A stretch of DNA of 64,000 nucleotides from an uncultured Actinomycetes bacterium (lineage in GTDB: Bacteria > Actinomycetota > Coriobacteriia > Anaerosomatales > CAVRZR01), in NCBI GenBank assembly GCA_963809535.1, contig CAWEJW010000001.1, forward strand, positions 1,150,105-1,214,104, in the 5' to 3' direction. Positions 15,884 through 24,405 of this stretch are shown here, one piece after another; the stretch's first letter is position 1; every line of letters begins with the position of its first letter. The notes under the pieces are model-generated. The model was not told the DNA's origin. It ran no database searches and worked only from the letters and a program-made list of their open reading frames with translations. Both the position numbers and the translations under genes were made by a program.

Positions 15884-15912
15884 CGAGGCCCCGGACCAAT
15901 CCCGGGGCCTCG
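15884..15912 (-). terminator. Terminator hairpin downstream of tRNA-Val
   Basis: Perfect 11-bp stem CGAGGCCCCGG-N7-CCGGGGCCTCG, 10 nt after the tRNA 3' end on the reverse strand. Confidence 0.5.
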
Positions 15913-15921
15913 TCACTTTGC

Positions 15922-15996
15922 TGGTGGGCGCTATAGGATTTGAACCTATGACCCCTTCCGCGTCAAGGAAGTGCTCTCCCCCTGAGCTAAGCGCCC
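15922..15996 (-). tRNA. tRNA-Val (anticodon GAC), CCA encoded
   Basis: GGGCGCTTAGCTCAGGGGGAGAGCACTTCCTTGACGCGGAAGGGGTCATAGGTTCAAATCCTATAGCGCCCACCA folds as a cloverleaf. Anticodon loop is TTGACGC. Confidence 0.95.
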
Positions 15997-16122
15997 GATG
16001 CTTGCTGCGGGGAGGCAGCGAAGGGTATTGTACCAGCCCCGCGAGCATGAGAAACCCCCCATTTGGGGCCCCTGGTCTCGGCTTGCGCGCCCCTAATGCC
16101 GCTGTTAGACTACCCTTCGCGC

Positions 16123-16198
16123 GCGGACGTGGCTCAGTTGGTAGAGCACAACCTTGCCAAGGTTGGGGTCGCGGGTTCGAATCCCGTCGTCCGCTCCA
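16123..16198 (+). tRNA. tRNA-Gly (anticodon GCC), CCA encoded
   Basis: GCGGACGTGGCTCAGTTGGTAGAGCACAACCTTGCCAAGGTTGGGGTCGCGGGTTCGAATCCCGTCGTCCGCTCCA. A candidate promoter TTGCGC-17-TAGACT lies just upstream. Confidence 0.95.
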
Positions 16199-16288
16199 TG
16201 ACCCGTCCGAAGGCTGGTCCAACGGGTTCGCACGGCAGCCCGACCGATCGGCCTTCTTCCTTGACAGGCGCCCTCGGCGCCTAAGGTC

Positions 16289-16362
16289 GGCGACGTCGCC
16301 AAGTGGCAAGGCAGGGGCCTGCAAAGCCCTTATCCCCAGTTCGAATCTGGGCGTCGCCTCCA
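16289..16362 (+). tRNA. tRNA-Cys (anticodon GCA), CCA encoded
   Basis: GGCGACGTCGCCAAGTGGCAAGGCAGGGGCCTGCAAAGCCCTTATCCCCAGTTCGAATCTGGGCGTCGCCTCCA. Acceptor GGCGACG/CGTCGCC, anticodon loop CTGCAAA. Confidence 0.95.
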
Positions 16363-16658
16363 GCTATCTACCAGCGGAAACGCTGCTATTGAGAGGCCGC
16401 TTCCCTCTCGGGAGCGGCCTCGTGGCGCGAGGTGCTCTCAACGTCGAGATCCGACGCAGCCAGCAAGCGTGGCGCAAGGAAGCGCCGGGTATTTGCACTC
16501 AGATGAATGAAGTGTCAATGTCATCCACGAGAGGGGTGGTGACGAGGCAACGCCCCGCCCGGCTCTCAGGTGAAGGGCGCGCACAGAGATGGGGTGCGCC
16601 CTTCACTAAGTGTCGGCGCCAAGCAAACGCCGGACGGCGGGATGGTGACGGAATCCTG

Positions 16659-16740
16659 CTGCAAAGCCCTCGTCCCCAGTTTGGGTCCGGGCTTCGCCTC
16701 CAGCGGCTGACCAGCGGAAACGCTGCTATTGCGAGGTCGC
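16659..16740 (+). repeat. Degenerate direct copy of the tRNA-Cys 3' half plus about 38 nt of its downstream flank (att-like scar, copy 2)
   Basis: CTGCAAAGCCCTCGTCCCCAGTTTGGGTCCGGGCTTCGCCTCCA, then ..CCAGCGGAAACGCTGCTATTGCGAGGTCGC, aligns with 16319..16400. No matching 5' acceptor strand, so it is not a tRNA. Confidence 0.8.
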
Positions 16741-16926
16741 AGACGGACGGCGTGCGCCACGGTTGGCGCGATTGTTGGCGCGATGTGCGCCCGAAACGTC
16801 GCAAGACCGAGAGACACCGCGCGGGACGCCGCCGGACGCACACGGCCCCTTGAGCTGCGGGTTCGTCCACCGCAAACGTCCTTTACGAGACGCCCCGATA
16901 CCCCCCCGCAAACCCTACAGCCAGCT

Positions 16927-16970
16927 CTGCAAAGCCCTTGTCCCAAGTTCGACTTTGGGCGTCGCCTCCA
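16927..16970 (+). repeat. Second degenerate direct copy of the tRNA-Cys 3' half (att-like scar, copy 3)
   Basis: CTGCAAAGCCCTTGTCCCAAGTTCGACTTTGGGCGTCGCCTCCA differs at 4 of 44 positions from 16319..16362. Confidence 0.8.
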
Positions 16971-16978
16971 GACAAGGC

Positions 16979-17009
16979 AAGGGCCGCTCGGTATCGCCGG
17001 GCGGCCCTT
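16979..17009 (+). terminator. Rho-independent-type terminator after the last tRNA-Cys fragment
   Basis: AAGGGCCGC..loop..GCGGCCCTT followed by TGTGCCTTTCGTCTC. Confidence 0.5.
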
Positions 17010-17125
17010 TGTGCCTTTCGTCTCGCGTTGCCTGACGCAGTTCCGCGGTGTGGCAACCGCAACATCACGGACCGGCGAGTGGCGAGACATCGTGTCCGTA
17101 GGAACGCAGAGCGCGGGCGTGCAAG

Positions 17126-17281
17126 CTACGCCCGCGCGTACTTGATCTGGATCCTCTTCGTCTGCTCGAGTCGACCGAGTCCCCGTTCCAAGTCACGGGG
17201 ATCGTCGATGTTCTCGAGGGCCCATTGGAGTATCTCGGCGGGCACAAGGGGGAAGCGCTTGCGCGCCTGACTCAGGGTCAT
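17126..17281 (-). CDS. Unlisted 51-aa ORF of unknown function (below the ORF-track size cut-off)
   Basis: MTLSQARKRFPLVPAEILQWALENIDDPRDLERGLGRLEQTKRIQIKYARA. GAGGAG lies 6 nt before the ATG. Three CATCGCASCA repeats lie in its upstream region. Confidence 0.4.
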   Translation of the reverse strand: MTLSQARKRFPLVPAEILQWALENIDDPRDLERGLGRLEQTKRIQIKYARA

Positions 17282-17496
17282 GTCGGCTCCTCTGCTGCGA
17301 TGAAGTGCTGCGGCTTCGTGGTGCGATGCGGTGCTGCGATGTAGCTCGACGACGTTGGTGCGAGCTGGACCCTACAGACAAAGCCTCCCGCTTGGCTGAG
17401 CCGAGTACAACGGCTGCGGCGCCTAACGAGGCGAAACCGTTACATAGCCCTCGCACGTCCGGCTCGCGGCTGGCACGAATGCCCGTGCCTTGGTGC

Positions 17497-18093
17497 CTAC
17501 TCGCCCCACCGGGCGAACAGCTCATGGTCGATCCCCAACACATCGAGGACTTTGCCCACGACGAAGTTCACGATGTCATCCAGACTCTGCGGGCGCTGAT
17601 AGAACGCCGGTGCGGCTGGAAGGATGACGGCGCCCGCCTCGGCAAGCGAGGTCAGATTCCGAAGGTGGACGACTGAGAAGGGCGTCTCGCGCGGCACAAG
17701 GACGAGCGGTCGGCGCTCCTTGAGCATCACGTCAGCGGCACGCTCGGGCAGGTTGCCGGCAAGACCGCAGGCAATCGCTCCCACGAAACCCATGGACGCA
17801 GGTGCTACGACCATTCCGTCCACGCGGTGCGAGCCCGACGCCATGGGATCGAACAGATCGTTCACACTCGCGTAGCGCAGAGGCGCGTCGTTTCCGAGCT
17901 CCAGGTAGCCCTTCAACCCGTTAGCAGGCTCGTCGATCGGCAGATCGAATCCGAGTTCGTAGGAGGTCACGTCACGCCCGGCGTCGGTCATCGTGACCGC
18001 GACCTCATGTCCGGCGAGCACCAGCTGTTCCACCAGGCGCAGGCCATACGCACTTCCAGAAGCACCCGTGATCACGACTGTATAGAGTCCCAT
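17497..18093 (-). CDS. ubiX: Flavin prenyltransferase UbiX
   Basis: MGLYTVVITGASGSAYGLRLVEQL.. with full-length UbiX/Pad1 architecture. Clustered with UbiA- and UbiD-family genes. Confidence 0.9.
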   Translation of the reverse strand: MGLYTVVITGASGSAYGLRLVEQLVLAGHEVAVTMTDAGRDVTSYELGFDLPIDEPANGLKGYLELGNDAPLRYASVNDLFDPMASGSHRVDGMVVAPASMGFVGAIACGLAGNLPERAADVMLKERRPLVLVPRETPFSVVHLRNLTSLAEAGAVILPAAPAFYQRPQSLDDIVNFVVGKVLDVLGIDHELFARWGE

Positions 18094-18105
18094 TCCAGCT
18101 CCTTG

Positions 18106-19011
18106 CTATGTCTGCAGGCAATCCGCGAGCGCGCCCACGAAGACGACGATAGCGATGATGCCGTTCACCGTGAAGAACGCTGCATTCACGCGGGATAGAT
18201 CATCCCGCGTGACAATCGAGTTCTCATACCCCAGGAGAAAGGCAGCGAGCGCCACTCCTCCGTACCAGAACACGCCGGCTCCGGCGAGATACCCTGCGAG
18301 AGCCAGCAACGCCACGGTCGCGATGTGGTCGAAGCGAGTCTGGGTCAGCGCACGCGGAATCCCAAAGTCCACGGGCACGGAGTGAATCTTGTCACGGATG
18401 TCGCACGCGTAGTCCTGCGTGGCGTAGATGATGTCGAAGCCAGCGGTCCACAGGAGCACCGCTAGACCCAAGACCCAAGGTGCCGGATCCGCGAGCGCGG
18501 CCCCAACTGCTGCCCACCCAGCGATCGGCGCAAGACCAAGGCACATGCCGAGCCAGTAGTGGCACAACCAGGTGAAGCGCTTCGTGTACGGGTAGACGAC
18601 GAACGCCACCAGGGGAATCGGCGAGAGCCACCGCGTCAGAGGAGCCAGCTGGCAGACCGCGACAAGGTAGGCCGCGAGGACTACGGCAGCGAAGAGCCAA
18701 ACCTCCCACGTCTTCAGACGGCCCGCGGGAACCGCTCGCGAGGCCGTGCGCGGATTGCGCGCGTCGATCTCGCGATCCACCGCCCGGTTCACCACGAACG
18801 CGAACGACCGCGCGCCCACCATCGCAACGGTGATCCAGAGGATCTCGCTCCACGAAGGCAGCCCGGATCTCGCGGCCGCCGCCCCGTACAGAGCTCCTAC
18901 ATACGCGTACGGCAGAGCGAATACCGAGTGTTCGAGCTTGACGAGCTCGACGAACGTCCGTACCTTCTCAGCGACCCTACCCAAGCCCGAGATCGCCCCA
19001 CATCGCGTCAA
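18106..19011 (-). CDS. UbiA-family aromatic polyprenyltransferase (quinone biosynthesis)
   Basis: Polytopic, with VNRAVDREIDARNPRT and YATQDYACD Asp-rich motifs. Start is TTG 19011 or TTG 18984, both overlapping the end of the UbiD-family gene. Confidence 0.85.
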   Translation of the reverse strand: MTRCGAISGLGRVAEKVRTFVELVKLEHSVFALPYAYVGALYGAAAARSGLPSWSEILWITVAMVGARSFAFVVNRAVDREIDARNPRTASRAVPAGRLKTWEVWLFAAVVLAAYLVAVCQLAPLTRWLSPIPLVAFVVYPYTKRFTWLCHYWLGMCLGLAPIAGWAAVGAALADPAPWVLGLAVLLWTAGFDIIYATQDYACDIRDKIHSVPVDFGIPRALTQTRFDHIATVALLALAGYLAGAGVFWYGGVALAAFLLGYENSIVTRDDLSRVNAAFFTVNGIIAIVVFVGALADCLQT

Positions 19012-20476
19012 TCCTGGCCTTGACCTCGGGATTCATCACGAGCGACTCGGGCCACTCACGCTCGTGTCCCTCACCCGCGATCGGCCGTGTCGCGTCGATG
19101 CCCATCTTGAAGCCGAACGACTCGTAGTTACTCGAATGGTCGAGCCGATCCAGCGGACCCTTGCTGATGAGAAGGTTCCGGCTCGGGTCGACGTTGTTGA
19201 AACAGCGCCAGGCGACTTGGGAGTAGTCGTGGCAGTCGACGTCCTCGTCCACGACGATGACAAACTTCGTGAACATCATCTGGCCCATCGACCAGGCAAA
19301 ATTCATCACGCGGAACGCCTGCCCCGGGAACTCCTTCTTGATCTGGAAGATCGCGCAGTTGTGGAACACACCCTCGAGCGGCAGATCGTAGTCGACGACC
19401 TCGGGCATCATCGCCTTGACCACGGGCAGGAACAGCCGTTCGGTGGCCTTGCCGAGGTAGCAGTCCTCCATGGGTGGCTGGCCGACGATCGTCGCCGGAT
19501 AGATCGCGTTCCTTCGCATCGTGATGGTATCGACGTGGAACACGGGGAAGTAGTCCGCGAGAGAGTAGTAGCCGGTATGGTCGCCGAACGGACCCTCCCA
19601 ACGCGTCTCGTCCGTCGGCACGTAGCCCTCGAGCACCATCTCGGCGTGAGCGGGCACCAGGAGATCGTTCGTGAGCGAGCTGACGACCTCCACCGGTTCT
19701 CCTCTCAGGATCCCGCTGAACAGGTACTCGTCGATGATCGGTGGCACGGGCGCCGTCGCCGAGAAGATGGTCACGGGGTCTGCACCAAGTGCCACCGAGA
19801 CGGGCATCCTGTCGTAGCCTGCGGCTTTCCACGCGCGCAGGTTTTTGGCCCCATCGTGATGCACGTGGATGTGCATCCCAGTCGTCTGCTGGTCGAAGAC
19901 TTGAAGGCGGTACATCCCGACGTTCAAGCGGCCCTTGATCGGGTCTTTGGTCACGACGAGCGGCAGCGTGACGAAGGGACCGCCGTCCTCGGGCCACGTC
20001 GTCAGCACCGGTAGTTGTGTCAGGTCGACGTCGTCACCCTGCCGGACGACCTGCTGGCAGGGCGCCTTGCCACGCTTCACCTCTTTGGCGCCGACGCCCG
20101 CAAGGTCCTTCAGGTTCATCAGGATGCCGAGCTTGTCTCGCATGGATGCAGGCGCGTCGAGCGGCAGCAAGTCCATGAGCTGGCGCCCCTTGGCGTCCAA
20201 GTCCCGCCAAGAGCCGGTCTCGGCGTCGACGCCCAGAGCCCACGCCATCCGGTCGTACGAACCCATCAGATTGATGGCGACCGGGAAGTCGTAGCGCCGT
20301 CCGCTCTCACGGTCCACGGGATTCTCGAACAGCAGAGCCGGCCCCACGTGCTTGCTCACCCGGTCGGTGATCTCGCCGATCTCGAGCTTGGGGTCGACTT
20401 CGGCAGACACTCGCACGAGCTGCCCCTTGGCCTCGAGCAGCGCGATGAAGTCCCGAAGGTCGTTGACGGGTGACAT
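18977..20476 (-). CDS. ubiD: UbiD-family (prFMN-dependent) decarboxylase
   Basis: 499 aa. LRDFIALLEAKGQLVRVSAEVDPKLEIGEI.., VVTKDP..GRLNVGMYRLQV. Confidence 0.9.
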   Translation of the reverse strand: MSPVNDLRDFIALLEAKGQLVRVSAEVDPKLEIGEITDRVSKHVGPALLFENPVDRESGRRYDFPVAINLMGSYDRMAWALGVDAETGSWRDLDAKGRQLMDLLPLDAPASMRDKLGILMNLKDLAGVGAKEVKRGKAPCQQVVRQGDDVDLTQLPVLTTWPEDGGPFVTLPLVVTKDPIKGRLNVGMYRLQVFDQQTTGMHIHVHHDGAKNLRAWKAAGYDRMPVSVALGADPVTIFSATAPVPPIIDEYLFSGILRGEPVEVVSSLTNDLLVPAHAEMVLEGYVPTDETRWEGPFGDHTGYYSLADYFPVFHVDTITMRRNAIYPATIVGQPPMEDCYLGKATERLFLPVVKAMMPEVVDYDLPLEGVFHNCAIFQIKKEFPGQAFRVMNFAWSMGQMMFTKFVIVVDEDVDCHDYSQVAWRCFNNVDPSRNLLISKGPLDRLDHSSNYESFGFKMGIDATRPIAGEGHEREWPESLVMNPEVKARIDAMWGDLGLG

Positions 20477-20480
20477 GGCG

Positions 20481-22217
20481 CTACTCCTCGGCAGAAGAGA
20501 CGCGGGGTTCGCCCGCGGCTGATAACGTCTTCGCTGGTAAACGGCGCGTCTTCGGATGATACCGTCCGATAAGGTACGTCAACAACGACGCAACGATGGC
20601 CACCGCCCCCACCGCCGTCGCTTGGATGAGATCCAAGTCGTACTTGAACCCCCAGAACAGGTTGGGCAGGTTCCAGGTCGGGGTGACCCCCCATCCCCAG
20701 ACGAAGACGGCTACCTGGATGCCAAGCGTGGCAAGGATTGTCAGTGCCGTGACCGGACCAAGCGTGAGCCAGCGAGACAGGTACGAGCCGGACGGACCTT
20801 GGGCGTGCGCCCGGAACCACGGGTACACAAAGGCGCCCACGGCCGCGGCGATCAGGGTAGCGACGGCTGCCTCGACCATGCGACCGTTGAAGAACGCGCG
20901 CACCATGGTCTCCTCGTTGAACGCTGAAAGTGACCAGCCATATCCGTGCACAACGAAGTACAAGAGGTTGTAGACCGCGTAGTACGTCAGGGTCCCTGCC
21001 AAGGCAGCCACGAGCGCCCGCCAAGAGACAAGCCCGATCGCTGCCAGGACAGCCAGACAGACGGCCACCGCGGCAAGCCCCGACCAAAGGCGAGATTGAC
21101 GATCGAAGGCGAGTCGGGTCGCGTCGGCGTCGTTCATGAACTGGGTGACGGCCGCTCCGTGAGCGTCCTCGGCGAACCTCACGTCGGAGGTCTGACCGGT
21201 CGGACCAAGGACGTAGGCGACGTAGTCGTCCGCGAAGCGCAGGCGCTCGCTCCACGCCGGTCTCAGTTGCTCGGCACCGGCGCTGGCTAAAACGCTTTCG
21301 AGCACTTCGCCCTTGGAGAACCGTGGCACGGGTATGCCGGCCAACACTGCGACGGTCGGGGCGACGTCCTCTTGAGCGGCGTCGGCCCGCCCCAGAGCGA
21401 CGCCCTCCCCGAAGAGGACGCCGGGAACCTCAACGACCACGCTCTCCCCTCCTCCGTGTCCGCCAGAGTCGATGTGGCCGTGATCCGCGGTTATCACAAA
21501 CACGACGCTGCCCTGGAGGGCCTGAACGAGGCGCTCGATATCTGCGTCGACCTTCTTCGCCGTGTTGAGGTAGTCGGACGAGCTCCCGCCAGAGCGATGC
21601 CCGGCGTTGTCAACATCGGGCAGGTGCAGGACCGCCAGTCGCGGCTTGACGTGCTGGATGAGAGCTACGGCCTGGTCGACGAGCCCTGTCGACGCGTAGA
21701 ACGTCGTTGGATAGCTGCGTAGGAAGGACGCGGTCGCCTTGTCGGCGCCGTAGAGTTCGGCCATCTCTTCCGGTCCCACGACAACCGTGCTGACGCCTGC
21801 CGTCCGCGCCGAATCGAGCAGCGTCTCGACCGGTACCTTCCCGGTGAACCAGTTCGTCGTCACCCCGCTCACATACGGCGGGTCACCCGAAAGAAGCGTG
21901 GTCCAGTCAGGGAACGAAAGCGACGGTTGTGGCGCCAGCAAGGTGAGGTCCGTTCCATACTGACGCAACCGTTGGAGCCCATCGAGCTGACGCGAGGTCG
22001 CATCGCCCAGTCCGTCGATGATCACCAGGACGGTCGTTGTCGCCAGCTGCGTGCCGCTCGCGGCCTGCGGAACCTTCAGGGCCGCATATGGCGACGCATA
22101 GTCGACAACGCCATTCCACGAGTAGTTCGCGAGCGTATACGCACCGTACGCGGCCGCGACACACACCACGACTACGACCACGAACGCCAGCCAGTCGAGA
22201 ATCGCGCGTGAACGCAT
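20481..22217 (-). CDS. Membrane-bound alkaline-phosphatase-superfamily protein (type I phosphodiesterase/NPP-like) with C-terminal polytopic domain
   Basis: N-terminal TM, VLVIIDGLGDA and LHLPDVDNAGHRSGG and ITADHGH metal-site motifs, then about 6 TM helices. Confidence 0.75.
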   Translation of the reverse strand: MRSRAILDWLAFVVVVVVCVAAAYGAYTLANYSWNGVVDYASPYAALKVPQAASGTQLATTTVLVIIDGLGDATSRQLDGLQRLRQYGTDLTLLAPQPSLSFPDWTTLLSGDPPYVSGVTTNWFTGKVPVETLLDSARTAGVSTVVVGPEEMAELYGADKATASFLRSYPTTFYASTGLVDQAVALIQHVKPRLAVLHLPDVDNAGHRSGGSSSDYLNTAKKVDADIERLVQALQGSVVFVITADHGHIDSGGHGGGESVVVEVPGVLFGEGVALGRADAAQEDVAPTVAVLAGIPVPRFSKGEVLESVLASAGAEQLRPAWSERLRFADDYVAYVLGPTGQTSDVRFAEDAHGAAVTQFMNDADATRLAFDRQSRLWSGLAAVAVCLAVLAAIGLVSWRALVAALAGTLTYYAVYNLLYFVVHGYGWSLSAFNEETMVRAFFNGRMVEAAVATLIAAAVGAFVYPWFRAHAQGPSGSYLSRWLTLGPVTALTILATLGIQVAVFVWGWGVTPTWNLPNLFWGFKYDLDLIQATAVGAVAIVASLLTYLIGRYHPKTRRLPAKTLSAAGEPRVSSAEE

Positions 22218-22928
22218 CTACTCCTCCGCTCTCGCATCGAGCGCGGCGTCCAATTCATCCAGCGTCCGGATGAACCGGCTGTAGGCCGGCGGCTCACCGC
22301 AGTGCCTGTCGATGAGGACCGCAGTCATCCCGACCGCTTCCGCGCCGACGATGTCAGCATAGTGGTGGTCGCCAACATGCGCAGCACTTGCCGGCACCAC
22401 ATCCAGGCGTTCGCACGCCAGCTCGAAGATCCTCGGATCGGGTTTGCGCAGCCCGACGTCCGCCGAGCACACTACGTCATCAACGTAGGGGTCGAGCTTC
22501 AGACCACTCACCACTGCACGAAGTCGGCTGTCCCAATTCGAGATGATGCCGATCCCGAGCCCCCGCCCCTTCAGCCGTGCGAACGTCCGCGGCACGTCGT
22601 CGTAGAGTCGCCACCGTGACGCGTCGCCGAACTCCTCGTAGACCCGGCGAGCCATGAGCTCCGCATCCTCCGTGATCCCCAAACGGCGGCAAAGCAGCCC
22701 GTACATGCCGACCCACACGGCGGAGGTCTCGGCCTCGTCCGTCCAGAACGTGTCGTCTTCCCGATACCGGTCCTCGTAGTACTGGTCCACGAGTGGCATG
22801 AGTCCGTCGATCGCGGACAGCTCGTGGACATGTCCCGCTTCGGCGAGGACCTGGCGACACACCTCGGAGACGCTAGGGTACGGGTAGAGCAGCGTGTTCC
22901 CGACGTCGAAGAAGACGGCCCGAAGCAT
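22218..22928 (-). CDS. HAD-superfamily hydrolase
   Basis: MLRAVFFDVGNTLL (DxD-type motif I variant), ISNWD, HVGDHHYADIVGA. Confidence 0.85.
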   Translation of the reverse strand: MLRAVFFDVGNTLLYPYPSVSEVCRQVLAEAGHVHELSAIDGLMPLVDQYYEDRYREDDTFWTDEAETSAVWVGMYGLLCRRLGITEDAELMARRVYEEFGDASRWRLYDDVPRTFARLKGRGLGIGIISNWDSRLRAVVSGLKLDPYVDDVVCSADVGLRKPDPRIFELACERLDVVPASAAHVGDHHYADIVGAEAVGMTAVLIDRHCGEPPAYSRFIRTLDELDAALDARAEE

Positions 22929-22930
22929 CG

Positions 22931-23497
22931 CTACTCTCTGAACACGGCGACGTCGGCAGTGTGCGCGGGCGCTTCGACAGGACCCATCGGATAGCCGATG
23001 ACCACGAGGCCGGCAACCACTCTGTCTTCGTCGATGCCGAACGCCTCACCCAACTCGTCCCGTACCCAGTACGAGAACGTCACCATGCACGCGCCGAGCC
23101 CCTCGTTCGTGGCAGCCAGCAGCAGGTTCTCTATGGCTGCGCCGAGAGCGATGCATCGGCTCATCAGGGCGGGGACGTCATCGGTCCTCGGAATCGTGAC
23201 ACCGACGATGATCGGGGCTCCGCCCAGGTCCGTGTACCAGCGGGACGCCTCCTCATAGCGGTCAGGACCAAGAAGCTCGATGTAGTCGGCAAGGTAGACA
23301 GTCGACTGAGCCATGACATGTCCGACCTTCGCGCGCGTCTCCCCTGTCGCCACGTAGAACTTCCAGGGCTGTTCGTTCAGTGCCGAGGGCGCGAGAGACG
23401 CGGCATCCAAGAGCTTCTTGACAACGGTACGCTCGACCGGCCGGGCGGCGAAGTCTCGCACGGAATGGCGCGCGGCGATGACCTCAGAGAATTCCAT
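22931..23497 (-). CDS. Nitroreductase-family protein
   Basis: ATG 23497 inside ORF 22931..23761. MEFSEVIAARHSVRDFAARPV..APSALNEQPWKFYV. Confidence 0.85.
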   Translation of the reverse strand: MEFSEVIAARHSVRDFAARPVERTVVKKLLDAASLAPSALNEQPWKFYVATGETRAKVGHVMAQSTVYLADYIELLGPDRYEEASRWYTDLGGAPIIVGVTIPRTDDVPALMSRCIALGAAIENLLLAATNEGLGACMVTFSYWVRDELGEAFGIDEDRVVAGLVVIGYPMGPVEAPAHTADVAVFRE

Positions 23498-23592
23498 CCC
23501 CGATCCCTCCCCGGTCGTCGCTCGACCACACGACAAGATGACGCGCCTCAAGGCGTACGAGAAGGATATCTCACTGGCGGAGTGCCTGCCGC

Positions 23593-24405
23593 TCAGAGCG
23601 GCAGGGCGCCACTTCGGTGCTTTACGAGGGTCACCGTCGTGCCACCCGTGTCTGAGGGCGAGAACTCGACCTTGTCCATGAGCGCCCGCATGAACATGAT
23701 CCCGCGACCCCCAGCCGCGTAGACGTCGCCATTGAAGGCGTGCTCTCCACTGAACCCGCAACCGCAGTCGACAACCTGGATCACGACGCGGTCGGCGAAA
23801 GCCTTCACGTCGATGTCCACCTCCGCGTCCGCATCCGAAGGCGAACCATGACGGACGGCGTTCGCGAGAGCTTCCCCCAGAGCCACCTTGACGTCGAAGA
23901 CCGCGGCTTCACCCAGTTCCAGGTTTGAGACGAGCGAGCAGACTCGTTCGCGCGCCGAGGAGAGAGCCTCGACGCGCGAGGGCATCACGACCCGCTCGAT
24001 CCAGAGCGGCTCTTCGGTCTCCTCCGGGAGCTCAAGACCCTCGAGCGCGGCGGAGACGCTCGGGCTGGTCGCCACGCTGGCTGCGACCTGGACGAGACCC
24101 GCGAGCTCGAGGATCCTCGTCACATCGCGGTTGGCGCCAGCGAGCACCATCCGACCGTTCAGGGGACGCAACCGTTTGTCCAGCCACACGAGGAGGCTCA
24201 ATGCTGAGCTATCCGCGTAGGTCACGCGGCTCAGATCAAGGACCACGTTGCGGCAGCCTCCGTCCAGCGCCGCCTCGAGCGATTCCTTGAGCTCCGGTAC
24301 GACCGAGGTATCGACATCACCGACCAGCGAGGCGACGCAGGCGCTAGGCCCCTGTTCCTCTACCAGTCGAAGCTCGAACGTCATGTTGCTTATGTTTCCC
24401 AACAT
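23593..24405 (-). CDS. Fusion of a STAS anti-sigma-antagonist domain and an RsbW/SpoIIAB-type Ser kinase (HATPase) domain
   Basis: STAS: FELRLVEE..LVGDVD..VVLDLSRVTYADSSALSLLV (phospho-Ser motif DSS). Kinase: GEALANAVRHG (N box), VVDCGCGF (G box). Start is ATG 24405 or 24384, both overlapping the tail of the upstream gene. Confidence 0.75.
   Translation of the reverse strand: MLGNISNMTFELRLVEEQGPSACVASLVGDVDTSVVPELKESLEAALDGGCRNVVLDLSRVTYADSSALSLLVWLDKRLRPLNGRMVLAGANRDVTRILELAGLVQVAASVATSPSVSAALEGLELPEETEEPLWIERVVMPSRVEALSSARERVCSLVSNLELGEAAVFDVKVALGEALANAVRHGSPSDADAEVDIDVKAFADRVVIQVVDCGCGFSGEHAFNGDVYAAGGRGIMFMRALMDKVEFSPSDTGGTTVTLVKHRSGALPL

Noticed and set aside
16630-16702. Possible second tRNA-Cys gene
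   Set aside because: Only the 3' half resembles tRNA-Cys. There is no 5' acceptor strand complementary to GCTTCGCC, and the T-arm is degenerate. I interpret it as an att-type remnant.
21323-21338. TGGCACGGGTATGCCG on the + strand
   Set aside because: The spacing is one nucleotide short of the sigma-54 consensus. It also lies inside, and antisense to, the alkaline-phosphatase-family gene.
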